Source: Stramenopiles sp. TOSAG23-6 (Eukaryota). Taken from it: DNA of 44,779 nucleotides. Both the position numbers and the translations under genes were made by a program. The stretch is taken from assembly GCA_900128565.1 (NCBI GenBank), contig LT635928.1:1-44779 (forward strand). Reading direction: 5' to 3'. The notes under the pieces were generated by a model. The model ran no database searches and was not told the DNA's origin. It saw only the letters and a list, made by a program, of their open reading frames with translations. Positions within the stretch are counted from its first letter, which is position 1; every line of letters starts with the position of its first letter. This document shows positions 1 through 10,986 of the stretch, one piece after another.

Positions 1-51
1 GAAATTCCGTACCTAACAAATTTTGACTACATTTTTTTTTTCACAATACAT
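1..51 (+). other. 3' part of a non-canonical family intron (ends ...TCACAATACAT), truncated by window start
   Basis: GAAATTCCGTACCTAAC core and TTTTCACAATACAT end match the other family introns; no AG in 1-51. Confidence 0.7.
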
Positions 52-193
52 GTACACGGGACATGTAAATTCTTCACATTGGTTTGCAGTTCCAGAATTC
101 TGGTTGAGTGCATTCTGTTTTGCTGTATTCTTAAGTTTAGCTTTTTGGTTTAGGTCTAATTATTTTAGAACCAACTTTGAAAGTCAAAATTAA
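52..193 (+). CDS. Terminal exon of a membrane protein that starts upstream of the window
   Basis: Open frame after the intron end: YTGHVNSSHWFAVPEFWLSAFCFAVFLSLAFWFRSNYFRTNFESQN*; one hydrophobic segment. Confidence 0.5.
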
Positions 194-260
194 TCTTCAG
201 TTTAGCTTTTTGGTTTAGGCCTAATTATTTTAGAACCAACTTTGAAAGTCAAAATTAATC
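134..260 (+). repeat. 62-bp near-tandem duplication spanning a stop codon
   Basis: 134-195 and 199-260 are identical except for one base. Confidence 0.9.
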
Positions 261-384
261 AATTTATTTTTGGTCATATATTTTTGATTTTTATTCCGCA
301 TTGAAAGTTAAATTCATATGTCAATATAAATTATTTGGAAATTATGTGAAGAAGAAAAATAACTAGTTGAATGAATTTTGAAAT

Positions 385-477
385 TGATACTAATACATCA
401 AATCATAAACACTAATACTAATACATCAAATCATAAACACTGATACTAATACATCAAATCATAAACACTGATAGTAA
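385..477. repeat. 28-bp tandem repeat, about 3.3 copies
   Basis: Unit TGATACTAATACATCAAATCATAAACAC at 385, 413 (one mismatch) and 441. Confidence 0.9.
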
Positions 478-501
478 GTAAAAAAGTGACTGAATAATTT
501 A

Positions 502-2301
502 TTATGAATTATCAACAGCAACTGTTCCGGGTTTTCCAAATAATTTCTTTGCAATCATACACACAAGTTTACTTGATTGAAATTCAATCCGAGCAAATGA
601 TATTGTGATTGAATACATAGATATTACAATTAATAAATACGAGACGATATTTTTAAACGTTAGTTGTAGTGATGATACTCGAGGATAAATCATATATAAT
701 AAATACACCCAAATAAAACGAATGATAAGCGCTAGTCCATTCACACCAAACCAAAAACATCGGTGTTGGCGTCTTTGAATGGAAGATATAAGAGATAATA
801 AAGTATCAGCTTTTTGTCCTCCACAAGAAATTATCGCGTCCCATTCAGATTTATTTTTTTTAATATTTTTTAGTAGGTCTTTTTGCACATATCGCAACAT
901 GCTAATACTTTTGCTCAGAAATATACAACCAAATATTAAACCACAGAAATCACTAATGAATATTGTAACATCAAGAAATGTCCAATCTAATGATTTGTAG
1001 CGCAATGTACTCATTATATTGAGAAGTATAAAGTCAAAAGGTATGACAGCAAAAACAAACACAACCAAAAAACATTGTCGTACTTTCTCATACAGTCGAG
1101 GCTGATCATATGTACTCAAAAGTTGGGAATTTTGAGAATCCGATATTTCTTCATTTGTAGCTTTGTCACTTTCTTCGCTGACGTTTTTGTCAAGTTCATT
1201 GTTGTCTTTGTTTACTTTAGTCTTTATGATAATTTNAACATCATTTTTAGGTTTTCTTTGAATATTCGTAGCACCAAACAAAGAATGTTTTGAATCTGTA
1301 GACATCACATTTCTTTCCTCAAAATCCACTTCATCAAAAATTCCAATAATTGCGGAGATATTACTCAAGATGAATAGCATTGGAAAGCTATACATGCACC
1401 ATATACCTACCCACTGTGGTGCCATTCGAGCACGGCAATTTCCAGACAAAAAAGTGAGTACTCCAAATCCGCAAGATCGGAGCATTACAAGTAAAACGGA
1501 AAGCCGACTTGCGCTGTATTTTCGCATAGTTTCATCTTCTTGCATTTCGGTTATCGTTGCTACACCTTGTTTGAAAGAACATAAACAAAAAAANGGAATG
1601 AAGAAATGAAAATATGTCCAAATATATTGCATATTATTTTCCCATANTACAGACTGATTTTTCGCGTCAATTGAAAAAGATACCGAAATGTTTTGGTTTA
1701 TATTGTTTGGGTTATCGAACTTTGCTTTTAGAAATTTACCGACTGATTCTTTCATATCAACAGTGACCCAAGGAACTCTATCTAGATCCTCAATACCACA
1801 ACAAGCACTGGTCCAACCTGAATGACGACTTAAATAAAAGAAAGCATCTGGCCAATTTTCATTATTCAGTTCAATTATACCAATTGCACCAGCAGTAACA
1901 GCATTGCGATACATTTCTTCAGGTTTGCATCCAATATGAAACGTTGACACTATTATTTTTTCAGAGACGTCAACCAAAATAGTTTCATCACCGATATAGT
2001 GTGTGATACCACATAGATCTGTCACAAACACAACGTCGCCTTTAATTTCCTCCGTTGTTTGAGGCCCAATAAACATATTCATAGCAAATACATTAGATTG
2101 CATCTGAATTTGGTTTTCATCAAGAGTGTATATTTGTGTATATGTTGATGGTGAAGGCAGTTCGTGAACTACCAACCAAGTTGTTGTCTCTATGAAACCA
2201 GCAAGGACTGCGACAGTTATAAGAGGAACAGGCTGAATCACTTTTCTTAATATCCTCCATCCTTTAGATTCAGTCCAGTTGGGTTTTTTCCTTCGCCTCA
2301 T
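502..2301 (-). CDS. Multi-pass membrane protein with a probable PA (protease-associated)-like domain
   Basis: About 600-aa ORF from first ATG at 2301; N-terminal TM; 'MYRNAVTAGAIGIIELN...VPWVTV' resembles a PA domain; about 7 downstream hydrophobic helices. Confidence 0.6.
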   Translation of the reverse strand: MRRRKKPNWTESKGWRILRKVIQPVPLITVAVLAGFIETTTWLVVHELPSPSTYTQIYTLDENQIQMQSNVFAMNMFIGPQTTEEIKGDVVFVTDLCGITHYIGDETILVDVSEKIIVSTFHIGCKPEEMYRNAVTAGAIGIIELNNENWPDAFFYLSRHSGWTSACCGIEDLDRVPWVTVDMKESVGKFLKAKFDNPNNINQNISVSFSIDAKNQSVXWENNMQYIWTYFHFFIXFFCLCSFKQGVATITEMQEDETMRKYSASRLSVLLVMLRSCGFGVLTFLSGNCRARMAPQWVGIWCMYSFPMLFILSNISAIIGIFDEVDFEERNVMSTDSKHSLFGATNIQRKPKNDVXIIIKTKVNKDNNELDKNVSEESDKATNEEISDSQNSQLLSTYDQPRLYEKVRQCFLVVFVFAVIPFDFILLNIMSTLRYKSLDWTFLDVTIFISDFCGLIFGCIFLSKSISMLRYVQKDLLKNIKKNKSEWDAIISCGGQKADTLLSLISSIQRRQHRCFWFGVNGLALIIRFIWVYLLYMIYPRVSSLQLTFKNIVSYLLIVISMYSITISFARIEFQSSKLVCMIAKKLFGKPGTVAVDNS

Positions 2302-2485
2302 TAAAACTTGTTTGGTTTGAGAAACTAATCGATTAAGTAACAAACAAAGCAATTACTATACAAGTATTACGTAGTCAAATGTCCAATATCTTAGTACCCT
2401 TTCCCGATGCCTCCTTTTTTTTTTTCCTTTTTTCGTTTTCGGAGGTATTTTAATTTTCGGTTCTTCAGAACTTCTTTGATTTTGT

Positions 2486-2498
2486 GTTACCTGGTAAC
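2486..2498. promoter_or_regulatory. Palindrome GTTACCTGGTAAC in a divergent promoter
   Basis: 6-1-6 palindrome; related TTACCCGGTAA at 12865-12875 in another divergent promoter. Confidence 0.35.
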
Positions 2499-2600
2499 GC
2501 GCGCGAATTCGCAAAAATGATCGATGTCAATATAAATATGATCATCGACAATAAATAGTAAATATTTACAAATTTTTACATAAACAACAACAACGACACG

Positions 2601-3977
2601 ATGTATGCTCTCCGCGGATTACGGACAGGCTTGAAAAATATTCAAAGGTTTTCTACAAACACTTCGCAACAAAAATCTGGGTCATCTCGTCTTTTAGGTG
2701 GACTTGTTCTTTTTGGTGGTACGGGTGTTTTACTTGCCAATCGCGATAGCGAAGCGTACTACGCTCTATCTGACAATGTAATCATGCCTTTATTACGCAT
2801 AATCGATGCCGAAAATGCGCATATTTTGGCAATCAAGGCAGCATCGTATGGGCTATCACCAAAGGACACGACTCCAGATATGTCATTATTGAACACAACT
2901 GTTTGGGGCTTAGATTTTGAGAATCCTATAGGCCTAGCTGCCGGTTTTGATAAGCATGCTGAGGCGATGAAAGGTTTAACAGAGTTTGGTTTTGGATTAA
3001 TTGAAGTAGGAAGTATAACACCTGAGCCCCAGAGTGGAAATCCAAAACCTAGAATGTTTCGCCTAATTCAAGATCAAGCAGTGATCAATCGGTACGGCTT
3101 CAATAGTGAAGGTATTGAAGCTAGTCGTGAACGTCTTCTCCAATACAGAAAAGATTTAAAGTCAAAAGAATCTCAAAAAGATAGAAATCATCACAGTAAA
3201 TATCAAAACAAGTTAGAAAATACTACTATCCATAATGCTAATGCGCGTAATAGTGTACTAGGGATAAATCTAGGTAAGAATAAAACAAGTCCAAGTGCTA
3301 TTGTTGATTATTGTCAAGGTATTAAAAGACTTGCAGTATTTGCTGATTATATTGTAATTAATATTTCATCCCCAAATACTCCAGGATTACGAGACTTACA
3401 GGGTAGGAAGCAATTAGAAGAACTACTAACAGCTGTGAAAGAAGAACTCAACAAAATATCTTGGTCTTCCTCTAAAATTTCAAATGTTGATAGTTCTGGT
3501 TATGATGTTGAAGACTCACGTGGACGAACCTGTCCACCTCTACTTGTCAAAGTAGCCCCAGATTTGTCTGATGATGGTATTCGTGATATTGCAGAAGTTA
3601 TACAAATTGTTGGTGTCGATGGAATTATTGTTTCAAATACAACAAACAAAAGAAAAAAAACTTTAAAAAGTGTAAATAAATTTGAAATTGGTGGTCTAAG
3701 TGGAAAGCCACTCATGGAAGATGCAACTCAAGTCCTTTCTGAATTTTATAGATTAACGAATGGCAAAATTCCTTTAGTTGGAGTTGGTGGCGTTTCATCT
3801 GGTGATGATGCATATAGAAAAATTCGAGCTGGTGCATCATTGGTTCAAATTTATTCTGCATTAGCATANCAAGGACCTGGTATGGTGCCACGTGTCAAGG
3901 AAAGATTAGCAGAACTTCTTTTAAAGGATGGTTTTACATCAGTTGCAGAAGCAGTTGGTGCTGATCATCGGAAATAA
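2601..3977 (+). CDS. DHODH: Dihydroorotate dehydrogenase (quinone), class 2, mitochondrial
   Basis: NPIGLAAGFDK, GNPKPRMFRL, INRYGFNS, NISSPNTPGLR, SNTT, GGLSGKP; N-terminal targeting peptide and TM. Confidence 0.97.
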   Translation: MYALRGLRTGLKNIQRFSTNTSQQKSGSSRLLGGLVLFGGTGVLLANRDSEAYYALSDNVIMPLLRIIDAENAHILAIKAASYGLSPKDTTPDMSLLNTTVWGLDFENPIGLAAGFDKHAEAMKGLTEFGFGLIEVGSITPEPQSGNPKPRMFRLIQDQAVINRYGFNSEGIEASRERLLQYRKDLKSKESQKDRNHHSKYQNKLENTTIHNANARNSVLGINLGKNKTSPSAIVDYCQGIKRLAVFADYIVINISSPNTPGLRDLQGRKQLEELLTAVKEELNKISWSSSKISNVDSSGYDVEDSRGRTCPPLLVKVAPDLSDDGIRDIAEVIQIVGVDGIIVSNTTNKRKKTLKSVNKFEIGGLSGKPLMEDATQVLSEFYRLTNGKIPLVGVGGVSSGDDAYRKIRAGASLVQIYSALAXQGPGMVPRVKERLAELLLKDGFTSVAEAVGADHRK

Positions 3978-4392
3978 TTTTTAAATGAAGTGCCGTTTTC
4001 TTTTATTTTTGTATTTACTAAGTAGTTGAGTTAATTTAGTTTATAAAAACTAGCACAGGCAAGTAAAAGTTAATCATTTCAATGATGATGAATGTAATAT
4101 TATTTTAATTTTTACACAATTTTTTTTTTACCTCGAGTCAATTTTAAACAAAATATGGTACCCGGATACCCCGGTCAAAATTGGCAAGCGAATTTTGCAA
4201 TTTTTTCTGTCAAACACACACAAGACAATGTCATAGGCTCATAACCTACATGAGCTACATGTTGGTATATATACTATGTATGTTTTTATGCACTAGCTAT
4301 CACACGATAATATATCCATAGAGGTACNACTATTACTACACACAGCATCATGATATTGAACTTGTATTAGTGATATTGCTTTGACAAAAGAT

Positions 4393-6060
4393 ATGTCAGC
4401 TTTTTTAAAAAGGAAAAAGAGGAAACGTGTGCCTGTTGAGAATGTACACCGAAATATTTCAGACCGTGTTCGCTCATTCGTTGGCACTACACATAGTATA
4501 CAGGGTGATAATATTGAATGGAAAACCGTTCTCGACCGAGCTCTCCAGAGTGACAACCATAAGAAGCGTTTATTGGGAGTTTACTTGGTAGCTTTAGATC
4601 TAGTTAATGGTATATATCAGAACTGGTGCTTCATTCGCCTTTGTACTGCGTCAGTAGATTCTAACCCATTAATTCGCTTTTCAGCACTTCGAGCTCTTCG
4701 TGGTGAAATTGAACCTCTTGGTGTTGACACTGTAGCTTCCCTGCACCATATACACCACACATTTAAGCTGAAGCAATGTTTAGATACATGTGCACAAATA
4801 CATTTTGCACCTGAACTTCTCTTGCTTACGTTATCGAAAGACCCTGGGACTGATCTACTTCAACGTGCTTTGCGTAGTTTTCCCTCATTGTTAGAACACT
4901 TGGCGAATGAGTTTTCTGTTAATTTTAGTAGCGCAAATCAAATTTCGACTGAAAATTTTCACTTATTCGGTGCTGGCTCAGGATACGGTGCATTATCAAA
5001 TGCATTAAGTGAAAAATTTATAGGTAATCGTATAGAAGCGTTAAAGACACTTGTATACATTATTTATAATATAAGTATGATCGACCCCTTATCTAGAAGA
5101 ATAGCAAGTGATATTATAGATATCGTATTTTGCACATTAGAAGACAGTGATGATAGAGTACGTCTCTCAGGATTATATTCTGTTGGTATGATATTATCAC
5201 GTTCAGTTGATTTTGGTGTACATCAAATATCATCCTCACAACTTTCTCTTCTTTTACCTTTCATTTCATGTACGAGTCCTATAAATGAGGGGTGTTGTAC
5301 TCAGAAAATTCAAAATTCGTTAGGTATGGAATTTGGTACAGATTCATTTTTGAATTTGCCAAGTACCACCTCTATAACTCTTGAAAACTCCGATACTAAT
5401 CGTATATTAAGTATATCATTCGAGTGTATAGAGACTATTAATATTTTGAGTAATATTCAATGTAGATCTGTACAGAAATTAAATGTCATTGTGACTGCAA
5501 TGATTTCACTAAGTCATCAATGTGATGAAAATAATAATGAAATGATAACACATACAGACAATATAAAAAATACNCAAAACATGACTAATTTAGTTTCAGA
5601 AATATATAATAAAAATGATGCGATCCGATATATCTGGTCAGGATTTCGTGTTTTGGGTAAAATGAATAAAGCTTACGTGGGACATTTTCTTGAACATCTT
5701 GTTAAAACAAATCAAAATATGTACGATATAACAAATATGTCATTATTACAACGTGTCTTTCATTCTATACNATGGAAGAGTAAAATATTAGCTATAAATG
5801 ATACTCAAAATCATTTTCAAAATCAGTCAGAGTTTACAAATACAGAGATTAGTTTTCTTCTCTTTCTTTATGGTGCTATTTTCGATACAGTTGATAATAC
5901 TACTCAAACAATAAAATCGTTTGGTACGNAATTTGGTACAAAACAAAAAGATATTGAAATTAACATATCAAATTTGTTGATGGCAAGACTTCGACCAAAT
6001 ACAGTCAATGCTATTAAAAGATCTTATGAAATTGCTCGAAATAGAAAATATATGTTGTGA
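4393..6060 (+). CDS. HEAT/ARM-repeat protein, possibly Integrator subunit 4-like
   Basis: HEAT-type motifs DSNPLIRFSAL, GSGYGALSNALSEKFIGNRIEAL and LEDSDDRVRLSGL resemble the INTS4 middle region as I recall it; start uncertain. Confidence 0.5.
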   Translation: MSAFLKRKKRKRVPVENVHRNISDRVRSFVGTTHSIQGDNIEWKTVLDRALQSDNHKKRLLGVYLVALDLVNGIYQNWCFIRLCTASVDSNPLIRFSALRALRGEIEPLGVDTVASLHHIHHTFKLKQCLDTCAQIHFAPELLLLTLSKDPGTDLLQRALRSFPSLLEHLANEFSVNFSSANQISTENFHLFGAGSGYGALSNALSEKFIGNRIEALKTLVYIIYNISMIDPLSRRIASDIIDIVFCTLEDSDDRVRLSGLYSVGMILSRSVDFGVHQISSSQLSLLLPFISCTSPINEGCCTQKIQNSLGMEFGTDSFLNLPSTTSITLENSDTNRILSISFECIETINILSNIQCRSVQKLNVIVTAMISLSHQCDENNNEMITHTDNIKNXQNMTNLVSEIYNKNDAIRYIWSGFRVLGKMNKAYVGHFLEHLVKTNQNMYDITNMSLLQRVFHSIXWKSKILAINDTQNHFQNQSEFTNTEISFLLFLYGAIFDTVDNTTQTIKSFGTXFGTKQKDIEINISNLLMARLRPNTVNAIKRSYEIARNRKYML

Positions 6061-6116
6061 AAATAATTTTATGAAATTGCTNGAAATAGAAAATATATGT
6101 TGTGAAAATAATTTTA
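6024..6116 (+). repeat. 45-bp tandem duplication spanning a stop codon
   Basis: TTATGAAATTGCTCGAAATAGAAAATATATGTTGTGAAAATAATT at 6024 and 6069. Confidence 0.9.
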
Positions 6117-6272
6117 ATAAATATTACAAAATAGTACAAGATGTTTCTTTTATTTTCATTCCACGTAAAAAATTATGTCATTGCAATTTCATTGAATAAC
6201 GTAAAATATAAAAAAATCATAAACAACATGNTATAGGTAGCATTGTAAAGCCACACTACATTTGTAACATTT

Positions 6273-7487
6273 TTACATTATAATACATGCCTTTGATGAC
6301 ATGTGACTTCCACCTGCATTAGTGTTGATAAGCTGCATAATTTTCTTTGCAAGGACATATGCACATTCTTTGTTTTCGTTTTGTATTGCTACCTCAAGTG
6401 GTGTATTACCCTCGTTGTCACGCACAACAATAGCTTGCATCGAATTTTCTTTTTCAAGAAGCAAAGCTGTTGAAAGCGTACTTCCGACTCTACATGCAGA
6501 ATGTAAAAGAGTTTCACCTTTAGAATTTGATTCAGAGACATCAATATTGTTACCATATAATAACATCATAACTTCCTGAGTATTATTGTTTATAACTGCA
6601 TTATGAACTTCTGTATGTTCTGGGTCCTCATCCTCATATGAAGCATTGTTTCCATATTTTCCAGATAGACTAGCATTTCGACGAGGACTTGACGATGTTT
6701 TTTTACCTTTCTTTCTTTTCTTCTGAGGTGTACCTGGAGCACTGATTTGATTTGGGCATAATGTACTACCAACTTCTAACACCTTCTTTGCAAGTAGGTA
6801 GGAACAATCTTTATGCTGATTCAGAATGGATACCTCAAGTGGAGTATGATTTTGTTTATCAACTAGAAATAAAGCTTCCTTTGCCTTATCTTTTTCCAGA
6901 AGTAATGCAACACAAAGTGTACTACCAACTCTTGATGCTTGATGGAGAAGTGTCTGGCCTTGTTCATCTTGATTTTTCAGATCGATAGGTTCACTATAAA
7001 GAAGTGTCATTACAGTTTGAACGTCACTATTTGCCACAGAATGATATAACTTCTGAAGTAACTCAGAACTTCCTAACTCATTCGAGTCTAAAAAACCATC
7101 GCGATTTTTGTCAGCTTGCATCATCAAATTTTTAGCGGAAGACTCAGTTACGAGAATGCCACGATTTTGCATACCCTTCATTAATTCTTGCTGTGTTATT
7201 TTTCCATCGCCGTCTTTATCAAAATCGGCAAGCATTCCATGCGCTGCCTGTTTATGCTCCGACATCATCTGTTGACCATGTGTTTTACCTTCTCTACGAT
7301 GCGGTGATGCTATTTGAGTATTTGAACCATATTGACTATACTGTTGTTGCTGTTGCAATCCACCCATCTGGCCAAAACTCTGTTGTCCGAAAGGAGACTG
7401 AGGTATTCCAGCAGAATGACTTTGGTTTTGTCCACTAAATGAATATCCCATACCCTGCTTACCCTCGCGAGCTGGAGAATTCATCAT
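6273..7487 (-). CDS. EF-hand pair plus ankyrin-repeat protein with C-terminal CaaX
   Basis: DKDGDGKITQQE and DKNRDGFLDSNE EF loops; two similar ANK blocks (GQTLLHQA...TPLEVS, GETLLHSA...TPLEVA); ends CIIM. Confidence 0.85.
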   Translation of the reverse strand: MMNSPAREGKQGMGYSFSGQNQSHSAGIPQSPFGQQSFGQMGGLQQQQQYSQYGSNTQIASPHRREGKTHGQQMMSEHKQAAHGMLADFDKDGDGKITQQELMKGMQNRGILVTESSAKNLMMQADKNRDGFLDSNELGSSELLQKLYHSVANSDVQTVMTLLYSEPIDLKNQDEQGQTLLHQASRVGSTLCVALLLEKDKAKEALFLVDKQNHTPLEVSILNQHKDCSYLLAKKVLEVGSTLCPNQISAPGTPQKKRKKGKKTSSSPRRNASLSGKYGNNASYEDEDPEHTEVHNAVINNNTQEVMMLLYGNNIDVSESNSKGETLLHSACRVGSTLSTALLLEKENSMQAIVVRDNEGNTPLEVAIQNENKECAYVLAKKIMQLINTNAGGSHMSSKACIIM

Positions 7488-7825
7488 TTTTCTCAAACTT
7501 TAACTCTACTACACTGTCTGAATAAAATCTAGCGCTTGTTTGTAGAGAGGCTTTTGAATGGAACAAAAATGTTATTTCTGTGTGTATTCTCCTTTTTATG
7601 TAATAAAGAAAATTTTATAGAGTTCGGTGTAACGTACGAAAAAGTGTAACGTTCTTCTAAATAGTTGTACTATTATACACGAAATATTGATTTTTTTCAT
7701 ATTATTTCAAATTTTCATTTTGAATTCAAAAATCTCAAATAAATCGAATGAATTCCTTTTCGTTTGTTTCTTTTTCTTTCTATCCTCCTTCTTCTTGCTT
7801 ACTTTTTTTTGCTAAGACTAGATAT

Positions 7826-10800
7826 ATGGACTCCAATACACATACAGAACATCTTCTGTCAAGTAATAGACATCTGAAAAAATGTATGGAAGAGGGTATG
7901 AGTGTTGAGCGACGAAAGGGTTTAAGCTCTCAAGAGGCTGCCGCAAGGTTGGAAGAGTTTGGATATAATGAGTTGCCAGAGAAGAAACGTAACGTTTGTT
8001 TTGAGTTCTTGGCTTACTTCTGGGGGCCAATGCCACTGATGATTTGGGTTGCGATGCTTCTGGAATTTGCGCAAGCAATAACTGGTGATTCTGAGCATTG
8101 GGCTGACTTTGTAGTTCTCTTGATCCTCCAAGTTGCAAATGGTACCGTTGCCTTTTTTGAAGAAAGGAATGCTGGAAATGCTATTGCTGCGTTAAAGGCT
8201 TCACTGGCACCTAAAGCAACTGTAAAACGAGATGGAAGATTTATGAATATCCCGGCACGTGAGCTTGTTCCAGGTGATGTGGTTAATCTTAAATTGGGTA
8301 ACATTGTTCCAGCAGATTGTGTCTTATTGGAAGGTAAACCAATGCAAGTAGACAGATCTGCTTTAACTGGAGAAAGTCTTGCTGCCACTGTAAGGTAAGT
8401 TATTTGACATCTATCAATCCATTATATGAAATGTAAATAATCGTAATGCTTATATCATTTTTTTTTATTTTTTACACTCTCAACAGACCTGGTGATACTG
8501 TAGAAATGGGCTGTACAATTGAAAGGGGTGAGTTAGAGGCTATTGTTGAAAATACTGGCGTAAATACTTTCTTTGGTCGTACAGCAATGATGTATGTTTT
8601 ATTTTTTTTCAAATTCGATTTTTTTTTTTTGGTTTCGTACTNAATTTTGTACCTAACNATTTTTTTTTGAAATATTTTTCCAAAATACATGGTTGGAGAA
8701 ACTGAAAATGTTGGTAGATTTCAAATGGTTTTATTTCGTGTGATGCTCTTCCTCATGGCAATTGCGTGTTTTCTTGTTGGTATTATACTTTTTAAATTGC
8801 TCAGTGGAAGAAATTTAACAGCTAAAGTAGTGCTACAAAGTGTTGGTGTAGCTGTAGTAATATTAGTTGCATCTATTCCTATTGCAATGCAAGTAGTTGC
8901 TACTGTAACTATGGCCGTTGGTGCTTCATTACTTGCCAAAGAAAAAGCAATTGTTGCGCGTCTTTCAGCAATTGAAGAACTTGCTGGCATGGAAATTCTT
9001 TGCTCCGATAAAACTGGAACATTAACAATAAATAAATTGACTCTTGACGACCCTATTGTAATAGATGGTAATAGTGCAAACAGACGTAATACACACAGTA
9101 AACAAGAAAGAACATCTGAATCTTTTACACTTGAACCTGAGCATATCATTTTCTATGCAGCTTTGGCAGCAAAACGAATTGAAGGAGCTGGACAGGATGC
9201 TATAGATTTTTGTATTACACAAAAAGCTTTTCAACTTGGGGAAGTTGAGCTTCCAAATGGAATTGGTTCAAGGAGTTTAAGAGACTTTGAGGAATTAGAT
9301 TTTCTTCCTTTTGATCCATTATTGAAACGCACAGAAGCTACTGTACAACCGACTAATGCACATATGTCAAAATCTCGAAGAAAATTACGAAGTAATATGG
9401 AAAATGCACATGAACTTGACCAGGTAGGGTTAGTTGGTGCCCCATTCAAAGTGACTAAAGGAGCAGCTCCAGTCATTATAGACATGTGTGTAAATGGAGC
9501 AGAAATGAAAAGTGAAGTTCTACAAGTCGTTGATAATCTTGCTGGTAATGGCTATCGAGCTCTTGGTGTAGCAGTTCATACTCCTATTGATTCAAATCAC
9601 ACTAATACAAATAAAGCAAAAGATTTGTCTGATGGAGCTTGGAAGTTTATTGGAATTCTCAGTTTGTTTGATCCTCCGAGAAGTGATACAAAAAGGACAA
9701 TAGAATTGGCCACGGAAATGCAAGTTGAAGTCAAAATGATTACAGGAGATCATGGAGCTATTGCCAAGGAGACTGCAAAAAGATTATCTATGGGTACAAA
9801 TATATTCCCCGCCGATTCATTAAAAGGTTTATCAAAAGCTGCTGAAATGAATAATGTTCCCCCCGCAATGCAGGAACTGGTCATTTCTGCGAATGGCTTT
9901 GCTGAAGTTCTTCCTGAAGATAAATTCAATATTGTCAAAGTTTTAATGGATCGTGGATATACTGTTGGTATGACTGGCGATGGTGTGAATGATGCACCTG
10001 CATTGAAGAGAGCTCAAATTGGAATTGCTGTGGAAGGAGCTACAGATGCTGCAAGGGCGGCAGCGGATATTGTCCTAACTGAACCGGGTTTGTCTACAAT
10101 TATCAAAGCTATGGTATTAAGTAGGAAAATATTTCAGCGTGTACGAAATTATTGTATTTTTCGCATTGCTGGAACTATTCAATTGATATTTTTCTTCTTT
10201 ATCGCGGTAAACTTCAAACCTAAGCAATATTTTCATTTGAGTGATGATGTATTGTCTGTAGATAATGTCTACTTACCTGTGATTGCTATTGTTCTAATAA
10301 CATTGCTAAATGATGCATGTGTACTCACCATTGCTAGAGATAATGTAGTGCCATCACCAAAGCCTCAACAATGGGATTTAGTAGAGGTGTTTGTTTCAGC
10401 TAGTGTACTTGGAGCAGTCGCTTGTATAGGTTCCACTCTCATTTTAATAATTGGTCTTCATGCAGGCAATACTGATAGATGGAACAGTAGCGCGTGTACA
10501 TTTTTTCCTGGTGAGAAAAATAATGAAGGGAAATGTGTTATTCAATATGATCAACTATTAACTGTGTTATACTTGAAGTTATCTTTAACTGATTTTATCA
10601 CTGTATTTGCTGCACGAACTCGAAACTTCTTCTTTTCTCGTGCCCCTGCCGTTGCATTATCTGGAGCATTTGTTGTAGCTACTGGATCAACATCATTTAT
10701 TGCAGGTAATGCTAAACTTGGTAAACTTATGTCTCCTATACCTATTGGTATGATTGTAATGACTTGGATATTTTCGATTATTTGCTTTCTAGTTCAAGAT

Positions 10801-10986
10801 ATTGTTAAAGTAATGACGTACAAATGTCTTGATTGTATGAGAGGGAAAACGCAAAATAATCTTGAAGAAGTTCTATGTAACGATTCACAGAACAGAAGAG
10901 TTACTGATTTAGAGAGACAAGTTAGTTTTCAACGTAATGCTACAAATAATACAGATGAGACGAAATATTCTATTTTACCCAACTAA
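7826..10986 (+). CDS. PMA1: Plasma-membrane P-type IIIA H+-ATPase; exons 7826-8394, 8487-8591, 8691-10986 (about 989 aa)
   Basis: FGYNELPE, LTGES, CSDKTGTLT, KGA, DPPR, MITGD, TGDGVNDAPALK; splicing restores TFFGRTAMMVGETENVGRFQ; start codon uncertain. Confidence 0.95.
8395..8486 (+). other. Canonical GT-AG intron (92 nt)
   Basis: AG|GTAAGT ... CTCAACAG|; phase 2 joins both frames. Confidence 0.9.
8592..8690 (+). other. Non-canonical GT-AT family intron (99 nt)
   Basis: GTATGTTTT...TTGTACCTAAC...CCAAAATACAT; in-frame stop inside, no AG inside; removal restores the conserved ATPase segment. Confidence 0.85.

Noticed and set aside
385-477. CRISPR-like 28-bp repeats
   Set aside because: No spacers, no cas genes, eukaryotic context
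8590-8688. Classical U12 AT-AC intron interpretation of the family
   Set aside because: No RTATCCTT donor or TCCTTAAC branch; three copies lack an upstream AT, so a GT start is the only common boundary
10141-10157. GTACGAAATTATTGTA resembling the element core
   Set aside because: Encodes conserved ATPase residues (RVRNYC); likely coincidental
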